A stretch of 32,977 bases of DNA from a virus (IMGVR_UViG_3300028549_001428), one strand, 5' to 3'. Shown: positions 9,464-17,937, counted from the first letter of the stretch. A program made the numbers and translations. Notes: generated by a model not told the origin, from the letters alone.

Positions 9464-9610
9464 TGTCGGTGAGAGAAGGTTCTGGTGTCTTCCTCATGTT
9501 AACCCACCAGATAAGATAGCTGAGAGATGCGTAGGCTATTGAAGAGGGATTTTGACCCCTCGATTATTACGAAATCTAGAGTTGTGAATGCTGTAAACTG
9601 AATTCTCACT
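9464..9610 (+). ncRNA. Putative structured small RNA
   Basis: ORF-free and directly after a consensus promoter. Stems include TCTGGTG/CACCAGA, TAGC/GCTA and GAGGG/CCCTC. Confidence 0.4.
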
Positions 9611-9700
9611 TTATCTTGACAATACTGAATGAAAATTCTATATTGAATAGGTAAGAAAAACAAACATCCTTGCGATGAATGGCTTATTGATAAAATACTT

Positions 9701-10023
9701 GGGAGATTAGCTCAGTTGGTTAGAGCAAAGGTCTCGAATAGATAATATGAGTGCATACGAAAAATGAGATGGTAGTCATCAGGCGTAACATTTCAATCGA
9801 AAGACGTATGTATAGCCCTTCAAAGTCGGTGAAGACTGTAAAATGTTAATTCCGAGCCAAGCCTTTTAGAACTAAAAGGAAGGTGTAGAGAGTGGACGGA
9901 GGGAACCTAAAATCGAAAGATCATGGTTAAGGTGCATTCCAGACTACAACGATAATAAGATCAATGAAAATTGATGTAGTACAGATAATCCTTGTGTCCT
10001 CGGTTCAAATCCGAGATCTCCCA
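9701..10023 (+). tRNA. tRNA with CAT anticodon (elongator Met or Ile2) interrupted by a group I intron
   Basis: Exon 1 is 9701-9735 and exon 2 is 9985-10023. Spliced cloverleaf: GGGAGAT/ATCTCCC acceptor, GCTC/GAGC D stem, loop CT-CAT-AA, CTCGG-TTCAAAT-CCGAG T arm. G1-C72 argues against an initiator. Confidence 0.8.
9736..9984 (+). other. Group I intron (tRNA-type, IC3-like), no ORF
   Basis: Core elements AAAGTCGGTGAA, CCGAGCCAAG, GTGTAGAGAGT and ATTCCAGAC; ends in G. Confidence 0.8.
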
Positions 10024-10035
10024 TTAAATGATGTT

Positions 10036-10138
10036 ATAGCTTGTGGATGGCTTAAAGCCATTATAGAAATCGGTGCAAGTCATTCGTTTTCTAGAAGCAA
10101 TTCTAATGTAGGTAGCACAATCCTACCAAGCTATTCCA
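10036..10138 (+). ncRNA. tRNA-like RNA with an 8-bp acceptor stem and encoded CCA but no canonical anticodon loop
   Basis: ATAGCTTG/CAAGCTAT followed by T and CCA; 6-bp D-like stem; GNRA-capped arm; GTAGG/CCTAC T-like stem. Confidence 0.55.
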
Positions 10139-10148
10139 TCATGTTTTA

Positions 10149-10503
10149 GCTCGATTAGCTCAGTGGATTAGAGCAATCGCCTTTAAGATAATAGGAGTCT
10201 CACATAGGAAACTATATGATGAAAAGATGTCAAAGTCGGTGAACGGTGTAAAATCCCAATACCGAGCCAAGCCTTTTAGAACTAAAAGGAAGGTGTAGAG
10301 ACTTGACGGCATCCACCTAAAAGATAGGTATAAATTAGTTAGTAGCAAACTGAACAATCCTTCGGGATGGTATAGATTAGGGATGCTATGATACGAACAT
10401 ATTTTATGGTGAAGGTAAAGTCCAGACCACAAACTGAAAGGGTAGTGAAAACTATAGTGGTAAGCTAAGCGATAGGTCGATGGTTCAAATCCATCATCGA
10501 GCA
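10149..10503 (+). tRNA. tRNA-Arg(TCT) interrupted by a group I intron at 34/35
   Basis: Exon 1 is 10149-10183 and exon 2 is 10465-10503. GCTCGAT/ATCGAGC acceptor, ATCGC/GCGAT anticodon stem, loop CT-TCT-AA. Confidence 0.88.
10184..10464 (+). other. Group I intron (tRNA-type, IC3-like), no ORF
   Basis: Core CAAAGTCGGTGAA, AATACCGAGCCAAG, GTGTAGAGACT and AAAGTCCAGAC; follows a U and ends in G. Confidence 0.85.
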
Positions 10504-10994
10504 TTAATAAATTCCTCGTTTTTATAAACTATAATCGGTTAAAGCAACTGACTTATAGGTATAAAAATGAAATGCAATACGTGTCCAATCTGCGACAAAT
10601 CAATAGATATATTAAATTATTCTAGACATCTATCAAAACTGAATTGGATTAAGTTTTTGAGGCTATTGAAATTCTTCCTTCTAAAAAAACTCAATATCAT
10701 GAAAAAAATAGAGTTTCGTCTTTCCTCAATTATGTTTGTGCAATAATATTATGTGGCTATGGTGGTTCTTCCTTCTATACTTTTATTTGGAAAAAAACAT
10801 AGAGTTACCAGTTCCCACATTACTTTTGCTCCTTCTGATATCCCTCCTTTGTTTGGTTTCAATTAAAGGGTATCGGAAGGAGCTATTTTTGTTTTTGACA
10901 AAATCATATAAATAATCTATATTATTCCTATAAAGTTTTTACTTTGATGCTTATATCATAGTAGAAACAAACAAAACATTAACAAGGAGTTAAT

Positions 10995-12134
10995 ATGAAC
11001 AAGATCACTTACCTACTGGTTCTACTAGCACTCATCTTCGCTGGTTGCTCTGGTAACAATTCCACATCCTCTGACGGGGATTCCTCAACCACAATGTCCA
11101 GCTCTATCAGTGTAATCCCTGATATGAGTTCCCCTGCATCATCTTCCAGTGATGTAGAACAGTCGGCAACATCCTCTACTGGGACATCATCTGCTGGTGG
11201 TACATCCTCTGGTACTTCTTCTGATACTCAAGTAAGTACTGGGTCATCCAGTTCTACTGTGGTAGTAAGTAACTCACCTATTTCTCTATATAAAATGGGT
11301 GGACTAGCTAAGAAAACTATTGATGTAACTAATACTATGTCAGCTATTCCGTATAATGTAGATTTGGATACAATCTATGGAACATCTGGATTCAGTTTCC
11401 TTATCAAGAATAATGGTACATCTGATATTACTGGATTGAAGTTTGAATTTGATCTTGATTACTTCAAGGTTACACCAGATAGTATTATCACACTTGGCGC
11501 ACCATCTACAGCAACAGGAATTGAACAGCTTATTAAGGTAACTGTAGAACATGGTACTCTGGCTTCTGGATATGGATTTACAAATGTCTTAACAGGAAAT
11601 CAGTACGGAAAATTGACGATCACTGGTAAGAATGCTAATGGTGATTTCTCGGTTACTTATACTATGCATGTTTACGCAAAACGCATGATTATCAATATTG
11701 ACATTCCAGATACATTGGTAAATAATAATGGATCAAGTATGTATTTGAATGGTCGCAATAGCGCACTTGCACTTCGTCATGCTCATGTTGATCCATCATC
11801 AGAAGATTGTTATATCAATTTCGGTGAACTTACTCTCGATACATCTAGCAATTTGCAGATGGTTGATATGAGAGATTATTACACTAACTTTGTTGATGTT
11901 ACTGATCTAAATACAATGTATAAAGAAAATAATACCCTAAATAAATTTACCACTACGGCATCAGATCATGCAGAGTTCATAAATGAATTGAATACAGCAA
12001 AGCGACTTGAAACATACACCTATATGGATAATAACTGTGTTGTATTAGTAAATGATAATTGGCCGATTACTAATGGTAATTCATCTGATATGTTTAGAAC
12101 TGGATGGGTAACAACGCAACGAATTATTGACTAA
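10995..12134 (+). CDS. Lipoprotein with Ser/Thr-rich linker
   Basis: Lipobox LIFAG-C after a hydrophobic signal peptide; long S/T/G low-complexity tract. Confidence 0.8.
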   Translation: MNKITYLLVLLALIFAGCSGNNSTSSDGDSSTTMSSSISVIPDMSSPASSSSDVEQSATSSTGTSSAGGTSSGTSSDTQVSTGSSSSTVVVSNSPISLYKMGGLAKKTIDVTNTMSAIPYNVDLDTIYGTSGFSFLIKNNGTSDITGLKFEFDLDYFKVTPDSIITLGAPSTATGIEQLIKVTVEHGTLASGYGFTNVLTGNQYGKLTITGKNANGDFSVTYTMHVYAKRMIINIDIPDTLVNNNGSSMYLNGRNSALALRHAHVDPSSEDCYINFGELTLDTSSNLQMVDMRDYYTNFVDVTDLNTMYKENNTLNKFTTTASDHAEFINELNTAKRLETYTYMDNNCVVLVNDNWPITNGNSSDMFRTGWVTTQRIID

Positions 12135-12264
12135 CTAAAAAGGAATCCGAAAGGGTTCCTTTCTTTTTACTTTGATGCTTATATTAGTATGATGGACGAT
12201 TAAAAATGTCCATCATTTCTTTTTTACTTTGATGCTTATAGTATAGTAACAAAAGGAGTACAAC

Positions 12265-12564
12265 ATGAATGAACTTGCAATGGATCAACTAGTACAACAG
12301 GTTCCTGATCTCAAGTTACGCAAGCGTGTAGAAACTCGAACCATTCATTGGAGTGATGTTCGAGAAAATAAGAACCTCCATGAAGGTGATGTTATCCCTG
12401 TTATTAGCTGGGTAGATGATGCTGGCTATCAATGGACGCATGCTGATATTAGACTCTATATGACTTCAATCAATGCATTTGATAAGAGTCTTGAGCAACT
12501 TGATACTATTATTGAACAAATACAATCTGAACGCAAAACCGTAAAGATGGAATTAGTTCACTAA
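12265..12564 (+). CDS. Hypothetical protein
   Basis: 99-aa ORF with AAGGAG SD and the upstream motif. Confidence 0.75.
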   Translation: MNELAMDQLVQQVPDLKLRKRVETRTIHWSDVRENKNLHEGDVIPVISWVDDAGYQWTHADIRLYMTSINAFDKSLEQLDTIIEQIQSERKTVKMELVH

Positions 12565-12610
12565 GATTTTTACTTTGATGCTTATATTATAGTAACAAAA
12601 GGATATACTT

Positions 12611-12754
12611 ATGAACATCAAAGAAGTTAAAAAAACCAAAGAACTGTTGCGCAAAGACCGCATCGCTGTTCTGGGTGGCTTTGGTAACAAGGTGGAACAA
12701 GTAGTTCCTGATGTTACAAAATACACTCGTAAAACGAAACATAAAAAGTCTTGA
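12611..12754 (+). CDS. Small basic protein (47 aa, not in ORF track), possibly ArfA-like
   Basis: AAGGA SD and the upstream motif; C-terminus KYTRKTKHKKS. Confidence 0.6.
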   Translation: MNIKEVKKTKELLRKDRIAVLGGFGNKVEQVVPDVTKYTRKTKHKKS

Positions 12755-12897
12755 CAAGTAACACTTTTATTTCTACGTTATAAGAACAAGAAATAAAAGT
12801 GTAAGACCAAAGCGAAACAAACTTTTTACTTTGGTGCTTATAATAAGATGTAAGAGAAAAGAAAACAACAACAAAAACCAAAACAAAGGAATACACA

Positions 12898-13377
12898 ATG
12901 AAAAATACAATCGCAACCGCCAAAGCCACTATCCTCAACTACGCACGGCTTCCTCAAGCATTGCGTTTGGCTGCCTCCAAGGATGCAGTAGCACGAGTTC
13001 GTGCAGGTGAGAATGCAACCACCGTAGCAAAGGCTTTCGGAACCACTCTCGCCCTCGTGAATTCTTGGGTCAAGCGTGATACCGAAGGTACTCTGGGCAA
13101 GCGTCTCCATGATGACAAGGTGACTGGTCGTGTTGACCATCGCAACCTTCCAAATGCTGTCCGTGAAGCAGGTCGCAAGTTGGCTCTGGAAAAGATCAAG
13201 AATGGTAACACCATCACCAAGACTGCTCGTGAACTCGGCACTTCCCAACTTTCTGTTCGTCGTTGGATGGAAAGTGATGAACTCGGTTTCACTGGCTATG
13301 CAAAGCGTGGTCGTAAGGCTCATTCTACCGAAGTGGCTACCGATGTAGCTACAACCGAAGTGGAAGCACAAGGTTAA
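12898..13377 (+). CDS. Tandem helix-turn-helix DNA-binding protein
   Basis: Two internal repeats ending VAKAFGTT...VNSW and TARELGTS...VRRW; paralogue of 22606-23019. Confidence 0.75.
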   Translation: MKNTIATAKATILNYARLPQALRLAASKDAVARVRAGENATTVAKAFGTTLALVNSWVKRDTEGTLGKRLHDDKVTGRVDHRNLPNAVREAGRKLALEKIKNGNTITKTARELGTSQLSVRRWMESDELGFTGYAKRGRKAHSTEVATDVATTEVEAQG

Positions 13378-13464
13378 TCCCCAAAAAGCTCAAATAATAT
13401 TCTCCCTCAAGAGGGGGAGAATTTTTTTATTTTATTTTTGCAGTATATAATACATATTATTTAT

Positions 13465-13839
13465 ATGATTATTGTATATAAAGCAACCTAAACACTGTTA
13501 TATTGGATTAACTAAAAATTCACTTAATAAACGAATTAGTGAACATAAGTATAGAATGAAAGATAAAAAATATAATTATCCATTCTATAATGCACTTCGT
13601 AAATATGGATTTGATTCAGTAAAATGGGAAATAATATCAACACATGAACACATGAACACATGAAAGATGCGGAAGCACAAGAAATAAATTTAATAGCAAA
13701 CACACCAAACAACTATAATATAGCTATCGGTGGGAATACTATGGTATATACAGATGAAATGCGAAAACGAATATCAGATAGGCAGATGGGTAAACCAAAA
13801 TCAAAAACATGTAAAGAAAACATAAAGAAAAATGGATGA
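13465..13839 (+). pseudogene. GIY-YIG homing endonuclease pseudogene with NUMOD3-like tail
   Basis: MIIVYKAT* is followed by CYIGLT...R...H...FYNALRKYG and, after a frameshift at (AACACATG)x3 (13639-13662), by EINLI...YNIAIGG...RKRIS. Confidence 0.8.
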
Positions 13840-13901
13840 TTCAATAGCTTTACATTTTTTACTTTAATGCTTATATTTGAATGTAATCAAAAGGAGTAAA
13901 T

Positions 13902-14750
13902 ATGAATGTACTAAGTCTTTTCGATGGAATCTCTTGTGGACAACTTGCATTAAAGAAACTGAATATTGCAGTAACTAATTACTTTGCAAGTGAAATTGAA
14001 TCAGCGTCTATAAAAGTAACCCAAAAGAATTTTCCAAATACAATTCAACTTGGTGATGTATGTAATGTAAACTCATCAGATTTGCCTAAGATTGATCTAC
14101 TAATTGGTGGATCTCCATGCACATCATTTTCTGGTGTTGTTTCAAACAATACTGGATTTGATGGAAAGTCAAAATTGTTCTTTGAATTTTTGCGGTTGCT
14201 CAAGGAAACCAATCCTACATATTGGTTGCTTGAGAATGTAGAAATGAAACAAGAGTGGGAAAATGTTATCACCAATTACCTTGGGGTAAAGCCTATCCAT
14301 ATCAATTCTGAGCATTTCTCTGCACAGAGCAGACCCAGAGTGTATTGGACAAATATACCCCAGACCAATGAACTTCCATTCAATCCATTTCATCTCGGTG
14401 ATGTACTGGAACCCAATGTGGATGAAAAGTATTTTTATAATGAATCATTTGAAATTGTTAATAAAGGTTCTGTTGAAGCAATTTTAAATATTAAAGGGCA
14501 TGACATTTTGAAACGTGTCAATTCTAAGATTCATAAATGTCATTGCCTTACTGCTGTATGTGGTGGAAACCAACAGAAAAAAGTAATTGATGGGGGAAGA
14601 GTTCGCAAGTTGACTCCTGTAGAGTATGAACGATTGCAAGGGGTTCCAACTAATTATACTACTGGTATAAGTGATTCGGCTCGGTACAAGGCACTTGGAA
14701 ATGGATGGGAAGTAAATACTATTGTATGGCTATTGAAAGGTATCCAATAA
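13902..14750 (+). CDS. DNA cytosine-5 methyltransferase
   Basis: LSLFDG (motif I), GGSPC (IV), LLENV (VI), QSRPR (VIII) and YKALGNG (X). Confidence 0.92.
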   Translation: MNVLSLFDGISCGQLALKKLNIAVTNYFASEIESASIKVTQKNFPNTIQLGDVCNVNSSDLPKIDLLIGGSPCTSFSGVVSNNTGFDGKSKLFFEFLRLLKETNPTYWLLENVEMKQEWENVITNYLGVKPIHINSEHFSAQSRPRVYWTNIPQTNELPFNPFHLGDVLEPNVDEKYFYNESFEIVNKGSVEAILNIKGHDILKRVNSKIHKCHCLTAVCGGNQQKKVIDGGRVRKLTPVEYERLQGVPTNYTTGISDSARYKALGNGWEVNTIVWLLKGIQ

Positions 14751-14817
14751 TTTTTACTTTGATGCTTATAGTATAGTATCAAAAGAAACCAAACCAAACC
14801 AAACAAAGGACTACACA

Positions 14818-15546
14818 ATGACTAACACTCTTAATAACATCTTTTCAAAAGATATCACCAACTCATATTGCCCGATGAATCGTGAAGACGAAGTTGAGTG
14901 CATTATCCGAGCAAAGGCTGGCAATCATGTTGCACAAAACAAGTTGGTCAATTCGCAGTTGAAGCACATTGTATCTATTGCTCGTGCATATTCCAACCAC
15001 ACCAATCCCGTACAGGATTTGATTAGTGAAGGTACTCTAGGTCTTATCCACGCAATCACCGTGTTTGACCTTGATAAAGCCAACGATATTCGTTTCGGTA
15101 GCTATGCTCAATGGTGGGTTCGTGAACATATCTCTAACTATGTTTGCGACAATCAGCTTATCCTTTTGCCTCGCAATCACAGCAAGAGCAAGAAGGAAGT
15201 GCGAGACGATAATGGTAAGGTTGTTGTACCACGCAAAGAAGGTGCTCGTGTAAATGCACTTTCCCTCAATGCTCCTATTTCTGATGATGTCAATGCAGGT
15301 ACTTTTGAATCTACCTTTGTAGATGAAACTTGCCTTGGTGCTGATACTTTGGCTGAATATACCAAAGCAATGGGTAAATTGACCGAAGCATTAACCCCTC
15401 GTGAACTTGAAATTTTTGAAGCTCGTGTGTTTGACCAAATGACCTATGAGCAAATTGGTGAGCAATTTCAGTTCAATAGCCGTGAAGCTACCCGACTTCA
15501 ACTTAACAGGGTTTTGGAAAAGGCACAACGTATCTGCAAGAAATAA
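14818..15546 (+). CDS. Phage-encoded sigma-70 family RNA polymerase sigma factor
   Basis: Region 2 (QDLISEGTLGLIHAI...FGSYAQWWVR) and a region 4 HTH (LTPRELEIF...TYEQIG); no region 1.1. Confidence 0.88.
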   Translation: MTNTLNNIFSKDITNSYCPMNREDEVECIIRAKAGNHVAQNKLVNSQLKHIVSIARAYSNHTNPVQDLISEGTLGLIHAITVFDLDKANDIRFGSYAQWWVREHISNYVCDNQLILLPRNHSKSKKEVRDDNGKVVVPRKEGARVNALSLNAPISDDVNAGTFESTFVDETCLGADTLAEYTKAMGKLTEALTPRELEIFEARVFDQMTYEQIGEQFQFNSREATRLQLNRVLEKAQRICKK

Positions 15547-15610
15547 CGAAAGGGAAGCAATCCCCTTTTTTGCTTTGGTGCTTATAGTATAGTATCAAAA
15601 GGAGATAAAT

Positions 15611-16009
15611 ATGTCACTTGCATTAACAAAACAACTTGAAATCACAAAAGACTTTGAAGAAAACAAAGAGATCATGACCAAAGAAGCTGTAGACCAGTTT
15701 CCTGATGAAACCCCTGAATGGGCATACAATAAACTTCTACGTAAGTATATTGATGATGAAATCAAGGAAGCAATTGTCAAGATGACTATGGATATGGTGG
15801 ATGTCAACAATGGACCCCGTTCTTCCGAAGTTGCTGAAATGATGTTGGAAGGTGTGTTGCGTTCTCATCGTTATCTCCAAGGGGAATTCTGGAATACTAT
15901 ACTTCAACTGATGAAAAAGTATGCCGAATCGGATCGTAAATACTTTGATCCTCGGAATGAAAATGCTCGTAAGATGTGTGAAGAAATTGTCAAGAACTGG
16001 TTACGATAA
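15611..16009 (+). CDS. Hypothetical protein
   Basis: 132-aa ORF with AAGGAG SD and the upstream motif. Confidence 0.8.
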   Translation: MSLALTKQLEITKDFEENKEIMTKEAVDQFPDETPEWAYNKLLRKYIDDEIKEAIVKMTMDMVDVNNGPRSSEVAEMMLEGVLRSHRYLQGEFWNTILQLMKKYAESDRKYFDPRNENARKMCEEIVKNWLR

Positions 16010-16018
16010 GGAGATACT

Positions 16019-16486
16019 ATGAACTACAAAGATTTAACACCGCAAGAAGTCAAGGATATGGAAGTTGAGCATGTTGATGAACTACTGGAAAAGTTTGAAT
16101 ATGCTCGGCTGTGTGATAAGATCGGCTGTCAAATTGTAAGCGAGTTTGGTTTCAAAGGTTCCAAAAACGAAGTCTGGGAACAGTTACTTGGATATCGTGA
16201 ATTCATTGAAGACTTTGTATTTGATGAAGCATTCATCAACGAATTGTGTGTGCGCAAGGACCTGCTGGATGCATTTGAAGGAAAGTTTGATACTGATAAG
16301 AAAGAAGTTCATGATGCTGTTAAGGAATTCTTGATCACTAAGGATATGGATAAGTTGGTTGACGCAACTGCTACAGTTATTGAAAAGAAAGAAGCAGAAG
16401 CAACTAAGGAATCCAAACGTGTAATCATTGAAGGCAATGAACTATTGCATGAAATGAAATTGTGCCTTTGTTTCAATAACAAGTAA
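16019..16486 (+). CDS. Hypothetical protein
   Basis: 155-aa ORF with AAGGAG SD. Confidence 0.8.
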   Translation: MNYKDLTPQEVKDMEVEHVDELLEKFEYARLCDKIGCQIVSEFGFKGSKNEVWEQLLGYREFIEDFVFDEAFINELCVRKDLLDAFEGKFDTDKKEVHDAVKEFLITKDMDKLVDATATVIEKKEAEATKESKRVIIEGNELLHEMKLCLCFNNK

Positions 16487-16535
16487 CTTTTTACTTTGAT
16501 GCTTATAGTATAGTATCAAACAAAAGGAGATCAAC

Positions 16536-16736
16536 ATGGAACCAACAATCGATGACTTGAAAGAAGGTGATGCAATCGAATGGGAAGAAGCCAATGGCGA
16601 AACCCGTGAAGGAACCGTCACTGAAGTTCATGAAGATGATTGGGAAGTCTATGTTGATTTCTTCAAAGGTAACTTTGTAGCTCATACAGAAGTTCGCCTA
16701 ACGCAAATCACAAAAATCAATGGAGTAACTATATGA
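16536..16736 (+). CDS. Hypothetical acidic protein
   Basis: 66-aa ORF with AAGGAG SD and the upstream motif. Confidence 0.75.
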   Translation: MEPTIDDLKEGDAIEWEEANGETREGTVTEVHEDDWEVYVDFFKGNFVAHTEVRLTQITKINGVTI

Positions 16737-16948
16737 AGCAGATTGCAATTACCTATGTAGCCACAAAAACAATCGTTGTCAATGTGAATCCTGATGGTTC
16801 TGTTGATAACTATCCTGAACCTATTGATCCAAGAGGAATGCCAGACATCATTAAAAAGATCGAAGAGGATGGCGCACCTGATCTAATGGCTGAGTGGGTT
16901 TCTAATGGCGAAGCAGATATTTCTGTACATGTTAATAAAATTTATTGA
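16733..16948 (+). CDS. Hypothetical protein
   Basis: 71-aa ORF with GGAG SD; overlaps the previous stop by 4 nt. Confidence 0.7.
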   Translation: MKQIAITYVATKTIVVNVNPDGSVDNYPEPIDPRGMPDIIKKIEEDGAPDLMAEWVSNGEADISVHVNKIY

Positions 16949-16977
16949 CACATCGCCAAAAATAACCTATATTATGT

Positions 16978-17080
16978 TCATGAGATTGCTGGTGTCTCTG
17001 TCAGGAAGAAATACTTCCTTTTATAATTGTACGACAACCAGATTAGTTGAGTGTTTGCCACTTCGAACCAACTAAGCAAA
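16978..17080 (+). ncRNA. Putative structured small RNA related to 9464-9610
   Basis: Follows a TTGACA-17-TATATT promoter; CTGGTGTC/GACAACCAG and TTAGTTG/CAACTAA stems. Confidence 0.4.
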
Positions 17081-17145
17081 AAAGTGGATTGCATGAGTGT
17101 TTACTACTTTTTGACATGCAATGTATATAATAAAAAGTGGTTCAA

Positions 17146-17217
17146 CGGAATATAGGCTAGTGGTAAGTCGCATGATTTGGGTTCATGAGTTCGCAGGTTC
17201 GACCCCTGCTATTCCGA
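17146..17217 (+). tRNA. tRNA-Pro(TGG)
   Basis: CGGAATA/TATTCCG acceptor, CATGA/TCATG stem with loop TT-TGG-GT, GCAGG-TTCGACC-CCTGC T arm; CCA not encoded. Confidence 0.92.
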
Positions 17218-17487
17218 GATAAGCTCAATTAAAATGATTCCGATATTTTTATAAACTAACCAAGAAAATACTATATTATCCATATAAGAAGACACTAAAA
17301 GGGCAATCTCCCCTAACTGGTAGTCCAGTAGAGATTAAATTATCGGGCAGGGAAAGAGGATGTGGTTTAATTATCACATCCTCTTTTTTACTTTGGTGCT
17401 TATATAAGTATGATATCAACCTATAATGCCAGGCGTATGAACATTTTTACTTTGATGCTTATAGTATAGTATCAAAAGGAGATCATT

Positions 17488-17733
17488 ATGGCAACGAAAG
17501 CAAGCTGGGAATTCCGAATCTATAACAGTTCGTATGAGTTTGATCTGGCAGCTCCTGTACAAATCCAAGAAGGTATGAGTAAAAAGGAAGCTATCTGGGA
17601 AGCCAAACGATTTGTTAAGAACAATTACCATGATGGTATGATCGTGAAGATTCAAACCGATGACCGTGAACAGATTGAAGTATACGAGGCAAAAAATCGG
17701 TTTGGTGAAATCATTTTCAGTAAGAAGGTATAA
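17488..17733 (+). CDS. Hypothetical protein
   Basis: 81-aa ORF with AAGGAG SD and the upstream motif. Confidence 0.75.
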   Translation: MATKASWEFRIYNSSYEFDLAAPVQIQEGMSKKEAIWEAKRFVKNNYHDGMIVKIQTDDREQIEVYEAKNRFGEIIFSKKV

Positions 17734-17734
17734 C

Positions 17735-17884
17735 ATGACCGATGATGAACACAGACTGAAAAACTTCCTAATGTTCAAGATGTATCTAACTGATAAAGAA
17801 GTCGAAAAATTTGCTCCTTACATGGCACTATTTATTATAGTACTCGTTGGTGGGTTTTTTCTATTCGCTTGGTTATCTAAGTAA
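17735..17884 (+). CDS. Small membrane protein
   Basis: ATG at 17735 just after the previous stop; C-terminal hydrophobic helix. Confidence 0.6.
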   Translation: MTDDEHRLKNFLMFKMYLTDKEVEKFAPYMALFIIVLVGGFFLFAWLSK

Positions 17885-17937
17885 CTTTTTACTTTGATGC
17901 TTATAGTATAATATCAAACCAAACAAAGGAATACACA

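Noticed and set aside
10160-10504. 114-aa minus-strand ORF, and the + ORF 9964-10149
   Set aside because: They overlap or are antisense to tRNA exons and introns, so they are shadow ORFs.
12838-13371. Long minus-strand ORFs antisense to the tandem-HTH gene, and similar shadows elsewhere (e.g. 6426-6845, 3212-3571, 31941-32180)
   Set aside because: They are antisense to well-supported genes and have no SD or motifs.
17289-17299. 11-nt match AAGACACTAAA between a promoter-proximal hairpin region and the tracrRNA (31100-31110)
   Set aside because: Short and AT-rich, with no flanking similarity or anti-repeat; likely chance.
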